DNA from: Patescibacteria group bacterium
GTDB taxonomy: Bacteria; Patescibacteriota; Microgenomatia; UBA1400; PJMF01
Direction: 5' to 3'
Length of the DNA stretch: 64,000 bases
Assembly (NCBI GenBank): GCA_019454415.1
Contig: JACFOI010000003.1
Location: 14,361 to 78,360 of the forward strand
The notes under the pieces were generated by a model. It had not been told where the DNA came from, did no database searches, and saw nothing but the letters and a program-made list of their open reading frames with translations. Made by a program: the position numbers and the translations under genes. This document shows, piece after piece, positions 26,105 to 35,846 of this stretch (within the stretch, counting starts at the first letter, position 1; each line of letters starts with the position of its first letter).

Positions 26105-26193
26105 GCTCCCAAATACCGTCATAGTTCGATCCGTTTTCTTCGTCTCTTCTTCGCGTTGTTTTACCAGACCAATTTATCTACAGTAGTAAGGAA

Positions 26194-27750
26194 ATGAAAT
26201 CTGCGTTTGCCCAACGTCAAATTCCGACATTGCTTGGCTTAGGTGTTTTGATTGCCGCCCTAGTGGGTGGTATTGCGTTGATCGGAACTGGGGGAGGTGT
26301 TTTCGCTCCCCGGGCAACTCCTCAGACAACTCCCAAAAACTTAAAGATGACGAACATCAAGGACACCAGCTTTACGGTCTCGTTCATGACCGATGAGGCT
26401 ACCAGTGGCTTTGTGAAGTACGGTAAATCGCCGGATGCTCTCCAAACTCAGGCCAGTGACGATCGAGACCAACTGTCCGGGAGTGTCGGCCAATATAACT
26501 CACACTACATTACCCTCCGTGACCTTGATCCAGATACCCAGTATTACTTCACCGTCGGGACAGCATCAGTGCCTCGTTTTGATAGCAACGGGACACCATT
26601 TAGCCTTAAGACTGCCAGTCGGGGCGGAAATCCGACTGCGGCTAAGACAGCCTACGGTACCGTCAATGCCGCGAGCGGAGCACCGGCAGACGGAGCAATC
26701 GTGTACATGAATATCGACGGTGTCAGTGAGTTATCGGCGCTCGTCAAAGGATCCGGCAGTTGGGCTATTCCACTTTCCAACGCTCGAACTACTGATCTTT
26801 CCGGATACGCTAACTTACAACAAACTGACCTCGTCAGCATCTTTGTTCAAGGTACTCAACTCAGCGAGACGGCCACTGCCCAAGTGACGGTAGCCGAAAC
26901 GCAGCCTGTTCCCACACTAGTACTGGGAGTAGGTTCCGGGGCAACGATCGATACAGGCTTGCAAGCTGATGCCTCTCAGGCTTTCAGCGCTGAGACAGAG
27001 ACTACTGCTGACTCTCTGACAGCCCTTAGTCAAACGACTGAGTCAAGCGACTCTTCCGAAGCCTTTGTGAGTCCATCTGTCGAACCATCTGTGTCTCCAC
27101 TCTCTCAAGAGAACTCTGAAGCTACTGCTTCCCCGACTGTCGTCCCAAGTCCCAGTACTCAAACCGTCGATACCGTTGATCTTTCTATCCCTGAACAACA
27201 AACCGTTGATACTACCACTCCGACCATCACTGGAAAGGTTACGCCGAATACTGTCGTCTATGTAGAGATCCACTCCGAGACAGAGATTACTACTCAAGTC
27301 ACCACTGATGAAAACGGTGATTTTGTGCTGCCACTCGCCAGCACTCAAGGGTTAGAGCCGGGAGAGCATACTGTTACCTTGACGTATACTGACCCGAACA
27401 CAGGGGAACAAAAGCAAGTCACTCGAACTTTTTTTGTTTCAGGCACTCTTGCACAGGCCAATCCCAGCCCCTCACCATTTGGGACGTCCAATCCGTTTAC
27501 GATTCCGTCCCCCTCTCCGTCCCCTTCGCCGGAGCTCTCACCTTCTCCGACAGCAACAGAGAGCGCAACCGCTTCTGCTTCTCCACGAGTGGTGATGCCA
27601 GCAACTACGAGTGCTATTCCTCGATCTGGCTCAACTGAGATTACTATTGGCTTAATCCTGGCCGGATTATTTATGATTGGGTTAGGTGTGTGGAGTTATC
27701 GCTACAACATGACTCAAGCACTCATTGATTCCGAAGAAGAGTCCGCCTAA
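26194..27750 (+). CDS. cell-surface protein: signal/TM, FN3-like and Ig-like domains, Ser/Pro-rich stalk, C-terminal TM anchor
   Basis: FTVSFMTDEATSGFVKYGKSP...DTQYYFTV (FN3/PAP-N-like). Ig-like GEHTVTLTYTDPNTGEQ. SPSPSPSPSPELSPSPTATESATASASP stalk. C-terminal AIPRSGSTEITIGLILAGLFMIGLGVWSYRY. Confidence 0.6.
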   Translation: MKSAFAQRQIPTLLGLGVLIAALVGGIALIGTGGGVFAPRATPQTTPKNLKMTNIKDTSFTVSFMTDEATSGFVKYGKSPDALQTQASDDRDQLSGSVGQYNSHYITLRDLDPDTQYYFTVGTASVPRFDSNGTPFSLKTASRGGNPTAAKTAYGTVNAASGAPADGAIVYMNIDGVSELSALVKGSGSWAIPLSNARTTDLSGYANLQQTDLVSIFVQGTQLSETATAQVTVAETQPVPTLVLGVGSGATIDTGLQADASQAFSAETETTADSLTALSQTTESSDSSEAFVSPSVEPSVSPLSQENSEATASPTVVPSPSTQTVDTVDLSIPEQQTVDTTTPTITGKVTPNTVVYVEIHSETEITTQVTTDENGDFVLPLASTQGLEPGEHTVTLTYTDPNTGEQKQVTRTFFVSGTLAQANPSPSPFGTSNPFTIPSPSPSPSPELSPSPTATESATASASPRVVMPATTSAIPRSGSTEITIGLILAGLFMIGLGVWSYRYNMTQALIDSEEESA

Positions 27751-27762
27751 CATACAGAAACT

Positions 27763-28485
27763 GTGTTGAGTTCTTCATACCACTTTAGCTGGCAAAAACG
27801 AACGCTTGACGTCTGTTTAGCGCTGACCTTTTTGATCTTTTTATTCCCGTTGTTTTGTGGCGTGGTACTGCTCGTACTCGCCACTTCCGGTACCCCCATT
27901 CTGTTTTGGCAGGAGCGGCTGGGACATAACAAGAAGCCATTCAAAATGCTGAAGTTTCGTACTATGCGCCCAGGAGCCGAACAGATGAAGGAGAAGTTAA
28001 TTCCTCATAATGAAGCTCCCTGGCCGATGTTCAAGATGAAGAACGATCCGCGTTTTACTCAAGTGGGCAGGTTTCTTTCCCGGAGTGGTCTAGATGAGCT
28101 TCCCCAATTTTTCCAAATCTTGACTGGTGAGATGAGCTTTGTCGGTCCGCGACCACTGCCAGTACCTGAGGCCAAAAGCTTACCCCGTTCGTGGGCATTT
28201 CGTTATGAGGTCAAACCCGGTATTTTATCCGAGTGGGCAATTGCGCCGGATCGGTATGCGTCACTAAAACGCTGGCGCGAACTGGAGCTGGAAACTGTTA
28301 AAAAAGGCTCACTCTTCAATGATCTGCGGATCATTGGCCGCGGGTTTTTCTTTATGGTGTACGCCAACAAAACGCTACTCACCGATAAACCGAAGGTACG
28401 AACTCGCCGTCCTCGCCCAAGTGTAGCGACGCAAAACTTGCCGATCGGCAGTCGAAAACGAGCGCCGCTTGGGTCGTTTGCGTAA
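27763..28485 (+). CDS. initiating polyprenyl-phosphate phosphoglycosyltransferase (Bac_transf; WbaP/PglC/WcaJ C-terminal-domain type)
   Basis: MLKFRTM, PRFTQVGRFLSRSGLDELPQFFQILTGEMSFVGPRP. The 3' 111 nt overlap the convergent GT4 gene. Confidence 0.85.
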   Translation: MLSSSYHFSWQKRTLDVCLALTFLIFLFPLFCGVVLLVLATSGTPILFWQERLGHNKKPFKMLKFRTMRPGAEQMKEKLIPHNEAPWPMFKMKNDPRFTQVGRFLSRSGLDELPQFFQILTGEMSFVGPRPLPVPEAKSLPRSWAFRYEVKPGILSEWAIAPDRYASLKRWRELELETVKKGSLFNDLRIIGRGFFFMVYANKTLLTDKPKVRTRRPRPSVATQNLPIGSRKRAPLGSFA

Positions 28486-29469
28486 AAGTCTTCTGAGTAC
28501 TCTATTGAAGTCCGACTGACTGCTGGCTGCAAAAGTTTCTATCAGTGGCAGTGATGCAAAATCATCAGGTAATATTCCATGTGCTAATAAAGATGGTGTG
28601 TGAACCGCTACGGCCTCTAAAATCGTGATCGGGAAGCCTTCCAGCTCCGACGGCAGGACAAGATAGCGTGCCTGGGCCAACACTTCCCATTTTTCCTGAC
28701 CAATTGCGGATCCATACCAAGTTACGTACTTACTCTGGTACTGTTGGCGGAGCTTTCGCTCATACCCGGGTGTGTTTCCGTGTGTTCCGACAATTAAACA
28801 AGGAACACCAGTGGTGGCACAAAACTCAAGCAACCACTCCACTCGTTTCTCAGGAACTAGTCTCCCCAAGTACAGTAAGTAGTCCTCTCTCGAACGAGGC
28901 AACTGAGAAGCTCTGGGCTGAGGAAGTCCCGGATAGGCTAAATGGCATGGTCGGTGAGTAATCTGCTCGATCTTTTGCGCCAGGACTTCGGTGACCGCAA
29001 AGAGTTCTGCGGGTCGAACGACTTGCATCATGGCACTGAACGCAAACCGGAAGCCCATCCGTTCCCACCGCGTCCATTTTTTCCGTTGCCAGTCTAGGCT
29101 GTGGATCGTTACCCAAACTTTCTTTCCACACAACACAGGTAACCAGGAAAAAATAGCCATGCCCGCAGTGTGATACCAAACGATGTCAGTGTGCGTTATG
29201 CAAGCCAAGAGAGAAGAGGTGAAACTGTAGCTAAGAGCTTCGAGAACGCGTCCGGGGAGTGCCCAAAGTCCTTTGACTTTCACTCGCGGGATCGGCTCGC
29301 TGGAAACGACTTGCTCCTGATACGTCGAGCGCGTCAGGACCGTTACCTCTACTTCTTTGTCCTGCTCCACCATTGCCGAGACAGCAGAGTAAACATAGGT
29401 TTCCACACCACTGGTGCCCACAAAGTCAGCAGGGAATGCTCGTGGCCCAATAATGAGAATATTTTTCAT
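28375..29469 (-). CDS. GT4-family glycosyltransferase
   Basis: EGFPITILEA C-terminal EX7E motif. GT-B fold length. Confidence 0.75.
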   Translation of the reverse strand: MKNILIIGPRAFPADFVGTSGVETYVYSAVSAMVEQDKEVEVTVLTRSTYQEQVVSSEPIPRVKVKGLWALPGRVLEALSYSFTSSLLACITHTDIVWYHTAGMAIFSWLPVLCGKKVWVTIHSLDWQRKKWTRWERMGFRFAFSAMMQVVRPAELFAVTEVLAQKIEQITHRPCHLAYPGLPQPRASQLPRSREDYLLYLGRLVPEKRVEWLLEFCATTGVPCLIVGTHGNTPGYERKLRQQYQSKYVTWYGSAIGQEKWEVLAQARYLVLPSELEGFPITILEAVAVHTPSLLAHGILPDDFASLPLIETFAASSQSDFNRVLRRLLRKRPKRRSFSTADRQVLRRYTWARTASSYLRFIGE

Positions 29470-30584
29470 GATTGCACTGATCGATGTGTTGCAAGTCTTT
29501 GTATGTTCTGAGCAAAAAGTTCGGGCCGAAACTTTTGTGCCTGTCTAAAACAATCTATCATTTTTAGTGGTCTTTTTTGAAGCTTCTGGATCACTTTCAT
29601 GAGTGACTCTACGGTACGTTCTTCAAAGAAATACCCTGTTTCCCCTTCCTTCACCGTTTCCACCACTCCACCACTCTTATATGCCAAGACTGGGACGCCA
29701 GCTGATTGTGCTTCGACCGGGACAATTCCAAAATCTTCGTCCTCTGCAGCATACAGGAGGGCAATAGCAGACCGATACACTCTACCAAGTTTTTTCTCTG
29801 GAACAAATCCCAAAAACGTTACGGACGGTCCGGCCTCTTTCTCAAGCTCTTTTCGCAGATAACCATCACCGATCACTCTCAGCGGTAAACCAAGCTGGGT
29901 ACATGCATCAACAATCAGCTTGATACCCTTCTGTTTGACTAAGCGACTGTGTGCCACGAAGTACTTTGGCTCTTTACGCGTTTTCTTCAGAACAGGATAC
30001 GATGAAAACAGCAGCTCAACCGGTGGTGGAACAACCAGCGCGGGACGTTTATAAATCTTTTTAACTCGCTGCTGGACTTCCCGTGAGTTGACGATGATCA
30101 CATCCGGCTGTTTTCCTGCTTGCTGGTCGATCTGCCGAAGCCAACTCAGAAACGTTCTCCATATGCCAATCCGCGTAAACATCGAAAGCTCATGAGCGTA
30201 GCCGTACAAGAAACGTGGCGGAGTGTGCAAATAGCAGATATGCAGCGCGTCAGGGCGTTTCTTCACCAGCTTTGAGTTATAAGAGTGGCTTGATGTGAAG
30301 ATCAGATCGTATGCCTGAAGATCAAGCCTGGCAAAGTACCGCCAAGCTAACGGCTTCAGTAATGAAAAGTACTGTTGGAGGTTTGCTAGCCAAGGCAAAC
30401 TTTGCAAAGGGGAACATCGCCAATCATATTTTCCAAACTTTTGGTCGATCTGTGGGTTAGCCCGATTGATGAAGAAGGTAAAAAGGTCAGCATCAGGGTA
30501 GAGTTTGATTAACGTCTCAAGAACCTTCTCCGAGCCGCCAAACTCAAGCAAATTATCTTGAACTATAGCAACTTTTTTCTTCAT
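29466..30584 (-). CDS. GT4-family glycosyltransferase
   Basis: EDFGIVPVEAQSAGVPVLA motif. ATGA-type coupling with the upstream gene. Confidence 0.75.
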   Translation of the reverse strand: MKKKVAIVQDNLLEFGGSEKVLETLIKLYPDADLFTFFINRANPQIDQKFGKYDWRCSPLQSLPWLANLQQYFSLLKPLAWRYFARLDLQAYDLIFTSSHSYNSKLVKKRPDALHICYLHTPPRFLYGYAHELSMFTRIGIWRTFLSWLRQIDQQAGKQPDVIIVNSREVQQRVKKIYKRPALVVPPPVELLFSSYPVLKKTRKEPKYFVAHSRLVKQKGIKLIVDACTQLGLPLRVIGDGYLRKELEKEAGPSVTFLGFVPEKKLGRVYRSAIALLYAAEDEDFGIVPVEAQSAGVPVLAYKSGGVVETVKEGETGYFFEERTVESLMKVIQKLQKRPLKMIDCFRQAQKFRPELFAQNIQRLATHRSVQS

Positions 30585-31591
30585 AATGCCGGAATCGTTG
30601 TATTGTGATACGTACGGAAGTTATAAGGTGCCAACAGGGTATCAAATCTTACGTCGTTGTACCCGCGTAAGGTTATCTTTCTGTATTCCAGTAGTCGTGG
30701 TAGCTGCCATACCGTCTCTCCCCAGATTCTCGGATAGGTCAGGATTCCGCAACTCCACGAACCATAGATCAACACCCAAGCTTGCACCAGTAAGATATTC
30801 AGGACATTTCGAAGTATCTCCCTACCGGGCCAGCAGCAAATCAGTACCCATAGAATATTTCTGTAGGTTTGATAGAGAGCGAAAGTATTGCGCCGGCCGC
30901 CGGAACTGACTGAGCCGTGGTGATACGCAATAAGTTGCTCTGCTTTTTTGATCTCTCCACTACTCATCAGGATCCTGATACTCAGATCAACATCTTCGAG
31001 GTAGTAGTAGTAGATCGGATTAAAAAAGTAGCCATACCTCTCAATGAGCTTTTCCACAAACTCCCACCGTAGCAGCATACAGCCGGCAGTTGCCAGTGTC
31101 GTCGGAATCTTCCGATCACGACAGTTTTTGGCATATCCTGACCGGAAATACTCAACGCCAAAGACGTCAATCTGGGTTGGATCTGCTGCTTCCAGCATCA
31201 CTGGCGCATAGACTGCTGGTTGTCGCTTGGAACGACTCTTCTCTTCTTCTAGTGCAAGCTGCTCAAAAAAGTTCTCTGCTATCCATGCATCGTCATTGAG
31301 CAAAAGCAGCCAACCTGAGTGATCCATACGTACTTTGGGCAACAGAAAACTCACTGCAGTGTTATTGAGATCTGCAAAGCCGGAATTGGGAGGAGCTTGG
31401 ATAAACCGAACATGTTTAAACTCGTTTTTGAATGTTCTTGAAGGCTGTGAGGTAGAGACGACACAGATCGTGATCTGCCAATGGGAGCGTTTCTTTTGTT
31501 GCTCTATGCTCGCGATTGCCTGCCGAAGGAAAGGTCGCTGAGCCATTTTCAATGTAGAAGGAATAATGACTGTAACGTGGAGATCAGTCAT
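30581..31591 (-). CDS. GT2-family glycosyltransferase
   Basis: VTVIIPS... N-terminal GT-A region, DD-like acidic motifs. Confidence 0.65.
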   Translation of the reverse strand: MTDLHVTVIIPSTLKMAQRPFLRQAIASIEQQKKRSHWQITICVVSTSQPSRTFKNEFKHVRFIQAPPNSGFADLNNTAVSFLLPKVRMDHSGWLLLLNDDAWIAENFFEQLALEEEKSRSKRQPAVYAPVMLEAADPTQIDVFGVEYFRSGYAKNCRDRKIPTTLATAGCMLLRWEFVEKLIERYGYFFNPIYYYYLEDVDLSIRILMSSGEIKKAEQLIAYHHGSVSSGGRRNTFALYQTYRNILWVLICCWPGREILRNVLNILLVQAWVLIYGSWSCGILTYPRIWGETVWQLPRLLEYRKITLRGYNDVRFDTLLAPYNFRTYHNTTIPAL

Positions 31592-31603
31592 AATAGGTAT
31601 CGT

Positions 31604-33832
31604 ATGTTTACTGCTGTTGCAGAGAGAAAACAGCTTTTCTTTTTTACGCTTTTTTTCTCTGCGTGTTATTTCTTGCTATTGTTTTTGACAGAGGGGTTTT
31701 ACTCTCTATGGATTACACCAGCCCTCTTGCTATTGTACGGTGTTACTGCTTGGTACCTTCTCTTCAGAGAAAAGACAACAGTTCGTCAGCTTGATACTAG
31801 AGTCGCGATCGGCGGAGCAGTCGTGCTATTGGTACTACTGGCTCTTACTCCGTGGAGCCTCTCAATGCCAGCTAGCATCTCGCGGTGGACAACTTTAGCC
31901 CTGGGAGGTATCACTTTCCTCTTCTTTTTTACCACGCCTATTCTACAAAAACTTTCTCTCCGAACTCTTTTTACTAGCATGATTGTGCTCCATGCCCTCT
32001 TCGTGCTATTGGCACTCTTTGTGTTTGTTATTCCGGGATTGGGCGACTTCCTGCCCAGTGAGAATCTATTGAGCTTCACTGTCGGACACAATCATTCCTA
32101 CATTTTGTATCTGATCTCCCTTCCCCTGTGTTTATACTTCAGTACGCAGAGTAAAAGAAGTTGGGTGTGGCTTCTCTTAAGCGGTGTGTTCATCTTTGGA
32201 ATCATCCTCTCTTTCAGTCGGGTAGGACTCTTTTTACTCTTGATAGAGTTGATTTACTTTGTCGTCGTTCACCTTCACGGACAGCGCCTCGCACTTCTGA
32301 AACATCTGAGAACTCTGGCACTGTTATGCAGTATCTTGGTGATGATATATGGCGGATTGTTGTTCTTGCTCTCATTTTTTCCGCAACTGAGCTATGGCAC
32401 AAACTGTATTGTTCCTTTCTGGAAAGCCCAGTTCTGTAAAAACTTTGGAGCAGAGAGTCGTCCTCACTACTGGCAACAAGCACTGCAGGGTATTAAAACA
32501 AGTCCAATCTTGGGTACTGGAGGTGGAACGTTTAGCATCCTCTCTTTCCGCTACCGTCAGCATCAGGATGAGTACTCAGCCTACCCGCACAACGAGTATC
32601 TGCAGCTGATCGTGGAGTATGGCGTTGCAGGGTGGCTGATCGTGGCAGCGATAGCGATCAGCCTGCGCTTCATGTGGCAAAGGTGGCACCAAGTCTCCGA
32701 TCTGGCACGCCTGCTTATTTTTCTGAGTACGGTAACCGCGTTTGACTCGCTTTTCAACTTTAACTGGAGTTTTGTAGGCATCTTTGTGTTGGAGTCTCTT
32801 CTGTGGGCCGTGACGCTCAAAACAATCCACCTGGAGTTAGCTTCCAAAACTAAGAAAAGTAGCAGTCCACGCCTCATTTTTTTGGCTCTTCTGAGTGTAG
32901 GAGTGCCTCTCTGTTGGTTGTCTGCACGGTTTCTGTCAGCTGAGCTCCTGCTCAATCAACGCGACGAAGAGTATCTGCGACGTTTTCCTTATATTTCAGG
33001 GCGGGCCGAGCGAGCGTACTTTGACTCACAGACTTCTTCCGGCACTAAGGAGATGATTGAGGATCTGTATCGGAACAACGAAACCCTTGCTTGGCTGGCT
33101 GCGAGCAGGGCGGTAAGTCCACATACACAGCGGGATCTTTACCAGCGGTACTTAGAGCTCAATCCGATGAATCATGAGGCTCGGGTCCGTTTGATGATCG
33201 CTGCTACTCAAACCAATGATCCAAAGATTGTACTTACTCAACTGAACTGGCTATTGGATTTTTATTCTGTGACCGAAAAGCATACGATCAGGGACATTGA
33301 GCCCCAGTATTTGGAACGATTGATCAACTATGCGAACTCACTCAGTGCCGAAAATTCTGCTACGGCAGTGGACGTTACGCTGCTGGCATATCAATTTGAA
33401 CCTTGGCGGATAAATGAAGTGCAAACGATTTTTCTTCTTCAGCCACAAAAGTTTCCTCAGCAAGATGTTGCCAAGTTGCTCGATTCACTTGCTCCCTACC
33501 GACTCCAGTTTTATCTTAGTTCTCTCAATCCGTGGACCTGGGAGAAGATGCTTACTGCAGGCACCCATGAACGCTGGGCGGATATGAATCTCTATCTCAA
33601 ACTTATCTTGGTCTATACAGATTGGGATCCGCATGTTGTCTGGGCTACTATTTCTCGACTAATCACCAGTAAGTTAAAGGATCCTGAGTTCTCCGATTCT
33701 GCCCCAAAAAAGAAGGCTTTCTTAGATGCCTGGAGAAACAGTCTTGAAACCCTGGAAAAATTTGGTACTGTTGGCGATAAGCCTCTCGACACTAGTGGAT
33801 GGTCAGAGCAGATTGAGTCGTTTGCCCATTAA
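31604..33832 (+). CDS. Wzy_C (O-antigen ligase/PglL-like) polytopic membrane protein fused to C-terminal TPR-like domain
   Basis: Roughly 12 TMs. Signature loop YPHNEYLQLIVEYGVAGW. C-terminal roughly 300 aa soluble helical repeats (TPR-like). Confidence 0.75.
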   Translation: MFTAVAERKQLFFFTLFFSACYFLLLFLTEGFYSLWITPALLLLYGVTAWYLLFREKTTVRQLDTRVAIGGAVVLLVLLALTPWSLSMPASISRWTTLALGGITFLFFFTTPILQKLSLRTLFTSMIVLHALFVLLALFVFVIPGLGDFLPSENLLSFTVGHNHSYILYLISLPLCLYFSTQSKRSWVWLLLSGVFIFGIILSFSRVGLFLLLIELIYFVVVHLHGQRLALLKHLRTLALLCSILVMIYGGLLFLLSFFPQLSYGTNCIVPFWKAQFCKNFGAESRPHYWQQALQGIKTSPILGTGGGTFSILSFRYRQHQDEYSAYPHNEYLQLIVEYGVAGWLIVAAIAISLRFMWQRWHQVSDLARLLIFLSTVTAFDSLFNFNWSFVGIFVLESLLWAVTLKTIHLELASKTKKSSSPRLIFLALLSVGVPLCWLSARFLSAELLLNQRDEEYLRRFPYISGRAERAYFDSQTSSGTKEMIEDLYRNNETLAWLAASRAVSPHTQRDLYQRYLELNPMNHEARVRLMIAATQTNDPKIVLTQLNWLLDFYSVTEKHTIRDIEPQYLERLINYANSLSAENSATAVDVTLLAYQFEPWRINEVQTIFLLQPQKFPQQDVAKLLDSLAPYRLQFYLSSLNPWTWEKMLTAGTHERWADMNLYLKLILVYTDWDPHVVWATISRLITSKLKDPEFSDSAPKKKAFLDAWRNSLETLEKFGTVGDKPLDTSGWSEQIESFAH

Positions 33833-33848
33833 CGCCTCCAACAAAAAC

Positions 33849-34706
33849 ATGGCGAGTGCAAAGTATCCTTTTTTTTCTAGCTACCCACGTGTGTGCGGAG
33901 TAGTTTACGCGCTAAAGAGTGACACAATTCCGGATAAACGCATCTCTTTGGCACTGGCATCCGGAAATGAATGGGAGGCGCTACGTATAGCTTTGGAAAC
34001 TACGGCTCGAAGACATCGGTATATTGCGCTGTGTCTCTATTTTTTGACTAAGCGGCTGCATTGGCTTCCACCGTTGGCCGTGACGTTGTGGTTTTGCCGA
34101 ATAATTGGACCCGCTAGCTCCTGGTTCGAGTACCTACAACGGAGTTCAACTCGGCCATCATTGTTAACGGCGACTTCCATCTACACCCAACTTTTCTCTA
34201 AAAACAAAAAAGAAACTGGCTATATCCTCGACTTGGGTTGCGGACTAGGGCAGCTTCCCCAACGATTCCCCCGGCAACCTCATCGCCGTTGGATCTGCGT
34301 AGATAAAAACTTCTTCTCACTCTTTTTAGCCCAGCTTTATCACCGTCGCTCTGACATCATCTATGCGTGTGCTGACGTTGAGATTCAACATCTCTTCCCG
34401 AAGAGCTTCTTCTCTTCAGCTGTTTGTATTGACTGCTTCGACTTTATCTACCAGAAAGACAGCTTCCTGAGATATATCGCTCAAATCTTGAAAAAAGGTG
34501 GGACGTTTGTGATGATGAACATTCACGAGGAGCAGCCGGGAACTGAGCTCTGGGGATATGGGATCAATCGCACAGAAGTCAAAAAACTTTTGTTGGCCGA
34601 CTTCCAGAAAATTACTTGGCATGACCTGAACTTCCCTCTCCATAGTCAAAAACGTTCTTTGAGGGAAGTAGATTCGATGAGGTATAGCTTTGTAGCGTAC
34701 AAGTAA
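33849..34706 (+). CDS. class I SAM-dependent methyltransferase
   Basis: ILDLGCGLGQLP motif I. Start ATG 33849 after Wzy stop. Confidence 0.6.
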   Translation: MASAKYPFFSSYPRVCGVVYALKSDTIPDKRISLALASGNEWEALRIALETTARRHRYIALCLYFLTKRLHWLPPLAVTLWFCRIIGPASSWFEYLQRSSTRPSLLTATSIYTQLFSKNKKETGYILDLGCGLGQLPQRFPRQPHRRWICVDKNFFSLFLAQLYHRRSDIIYACADVEIQHLFPKSFFSSAVCIDCFDFIYQKDSFLRYIAQILKKGGTFVMMNIHEEQPGTELWGYGINRTEVKKLLLADFQKITWHDLNFPLHSQKRSLREVDSMRYSFVAYK

Positions 34707-34730
34707 AACTACCGTATTGATGAGTGTTTT

Positions 34731-35846
34731 ATGAAGATATTAGCGATTCTCGAACGCAATCCCGGAGGAGAGTACGCGGCTGCTCGAGCCCTCTTACATG
34801 CGTTAGAAGATAACGACTGTCAAATCGAGCTCGAAGAGCTATCTCCGCTTCAAACAACCGGTCTTTTTTCATACTTTGGCTGGATTCTTTTTTCGGTCTT
34901 CCGATCAGCGAAGTTGGCGGCGCACTACAAGGAAGGACGAGATGTTTATACGACTACCTATGTAGCTGCCCTTGGCATTTTACTACTGCGTCCCTTCACC
35001 CATCAAAAGCTGAGCTTTCATTATCACGGGAGTCGGATTCCGGCACCAGCTGGGAGAGACTGGCCGGCACTTCGTAAGTTGACACAGTCAGTTAAACACA
35101 CTGTGGTTATGCAGTTACACCGGATTGTCTTTTCAAAAACTGACCTACTGATAGTCCCCTCTGCCAAAATCCTTGAACAACTTCACACCGAGTTCCCCAC
35201 ACTAACCGATCGGGTGGCTCTTATTCCGAATGGTGTTGATACTCAATTTTTCCAACCGATCTCAAATGCAGAAAGACAGTCACTCCGTAAGCAGTACCGC
35301 ATTCCCAACGGCTCGTTTGTCTGTTTAGTCGTTTCTCGGGTCAACGCCGAAAAAGGCTTGATTGAATCCGTAGAGCTTGTCCGGGCCATCCAACGTTTCA
35401 GCAGGCATCGAGTTTTGGCGGTTTTTGCAGTTCCCAGTCAAGGGAACGATAGCCAGTATCTGCACCAGTTCTTGACGCATCTGCGTTCTTCGGAGGTTCC
35501 GCATCTGATTTTTGAAGATCATCAACAGCTGAATCAGCTTTACCAACTCAGTAACTGTGTTTTAAGTTGTTCACGACGGGAGGTATTTCCCCTTGTTCTG
35601 CTGGAAGCTGCTGCCTGTGGTACCCCATACTTTGCTGAGCCGAACGGCGCAATAGAGTATTATCTTCAACAGATCGATCCACAGCTAGTTCTGCCTCAGT
35701 CTCAGCAAGCTGCTGCCCGAAGAGTATTGGAAGAGACTCATCAAAATAAACTATCGGAGAAACTACGCGCTTTCGCTGTTTCTCACACTTGGCAGGCAAG
35801 TGCTGTCCGCCTTATGCAAAAACTGGAACAGCTCACAATCAGATGA
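34731..35846 (+). CDS. GT4-family glycosyltransferase
   Basis: GT-B length. VFPLVLLEAAACGTPYFAEPNGA motif. Confidence 0.7.
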   Translation: MKILAILERNPGGEYAAARALLHALEDNDCQIELEELSPLQTTGLFSYFGWILFSVFRSAKLAAHYKEGRDVYTTTYVAALGILLLRPFTHQKLSFHYHGSRIPAPAGRDWPALRKLTQSVKHTVVMQLHRIVFSKTDLLIVPSAKILEQLHTEFPTLTDRVALIPNGVDTQFFQPISNAERQSLRKQYRIPNGSFVCLVVSRVNAEKGLIESVELVRAIQRFSRHRVLAVFAVPSQGNDSQYLHQFLTHLRSSEVPHLIFEDHQQLNQLYQLSNCVLSCSRREVFPLVLLEAAACGTPYFAEPNGAIEYYLQQIDPQLVLPQSQQAAARRVLEETHQNKLSEKLRAFAVSHTWQASAVRLMQKLEQLTIR

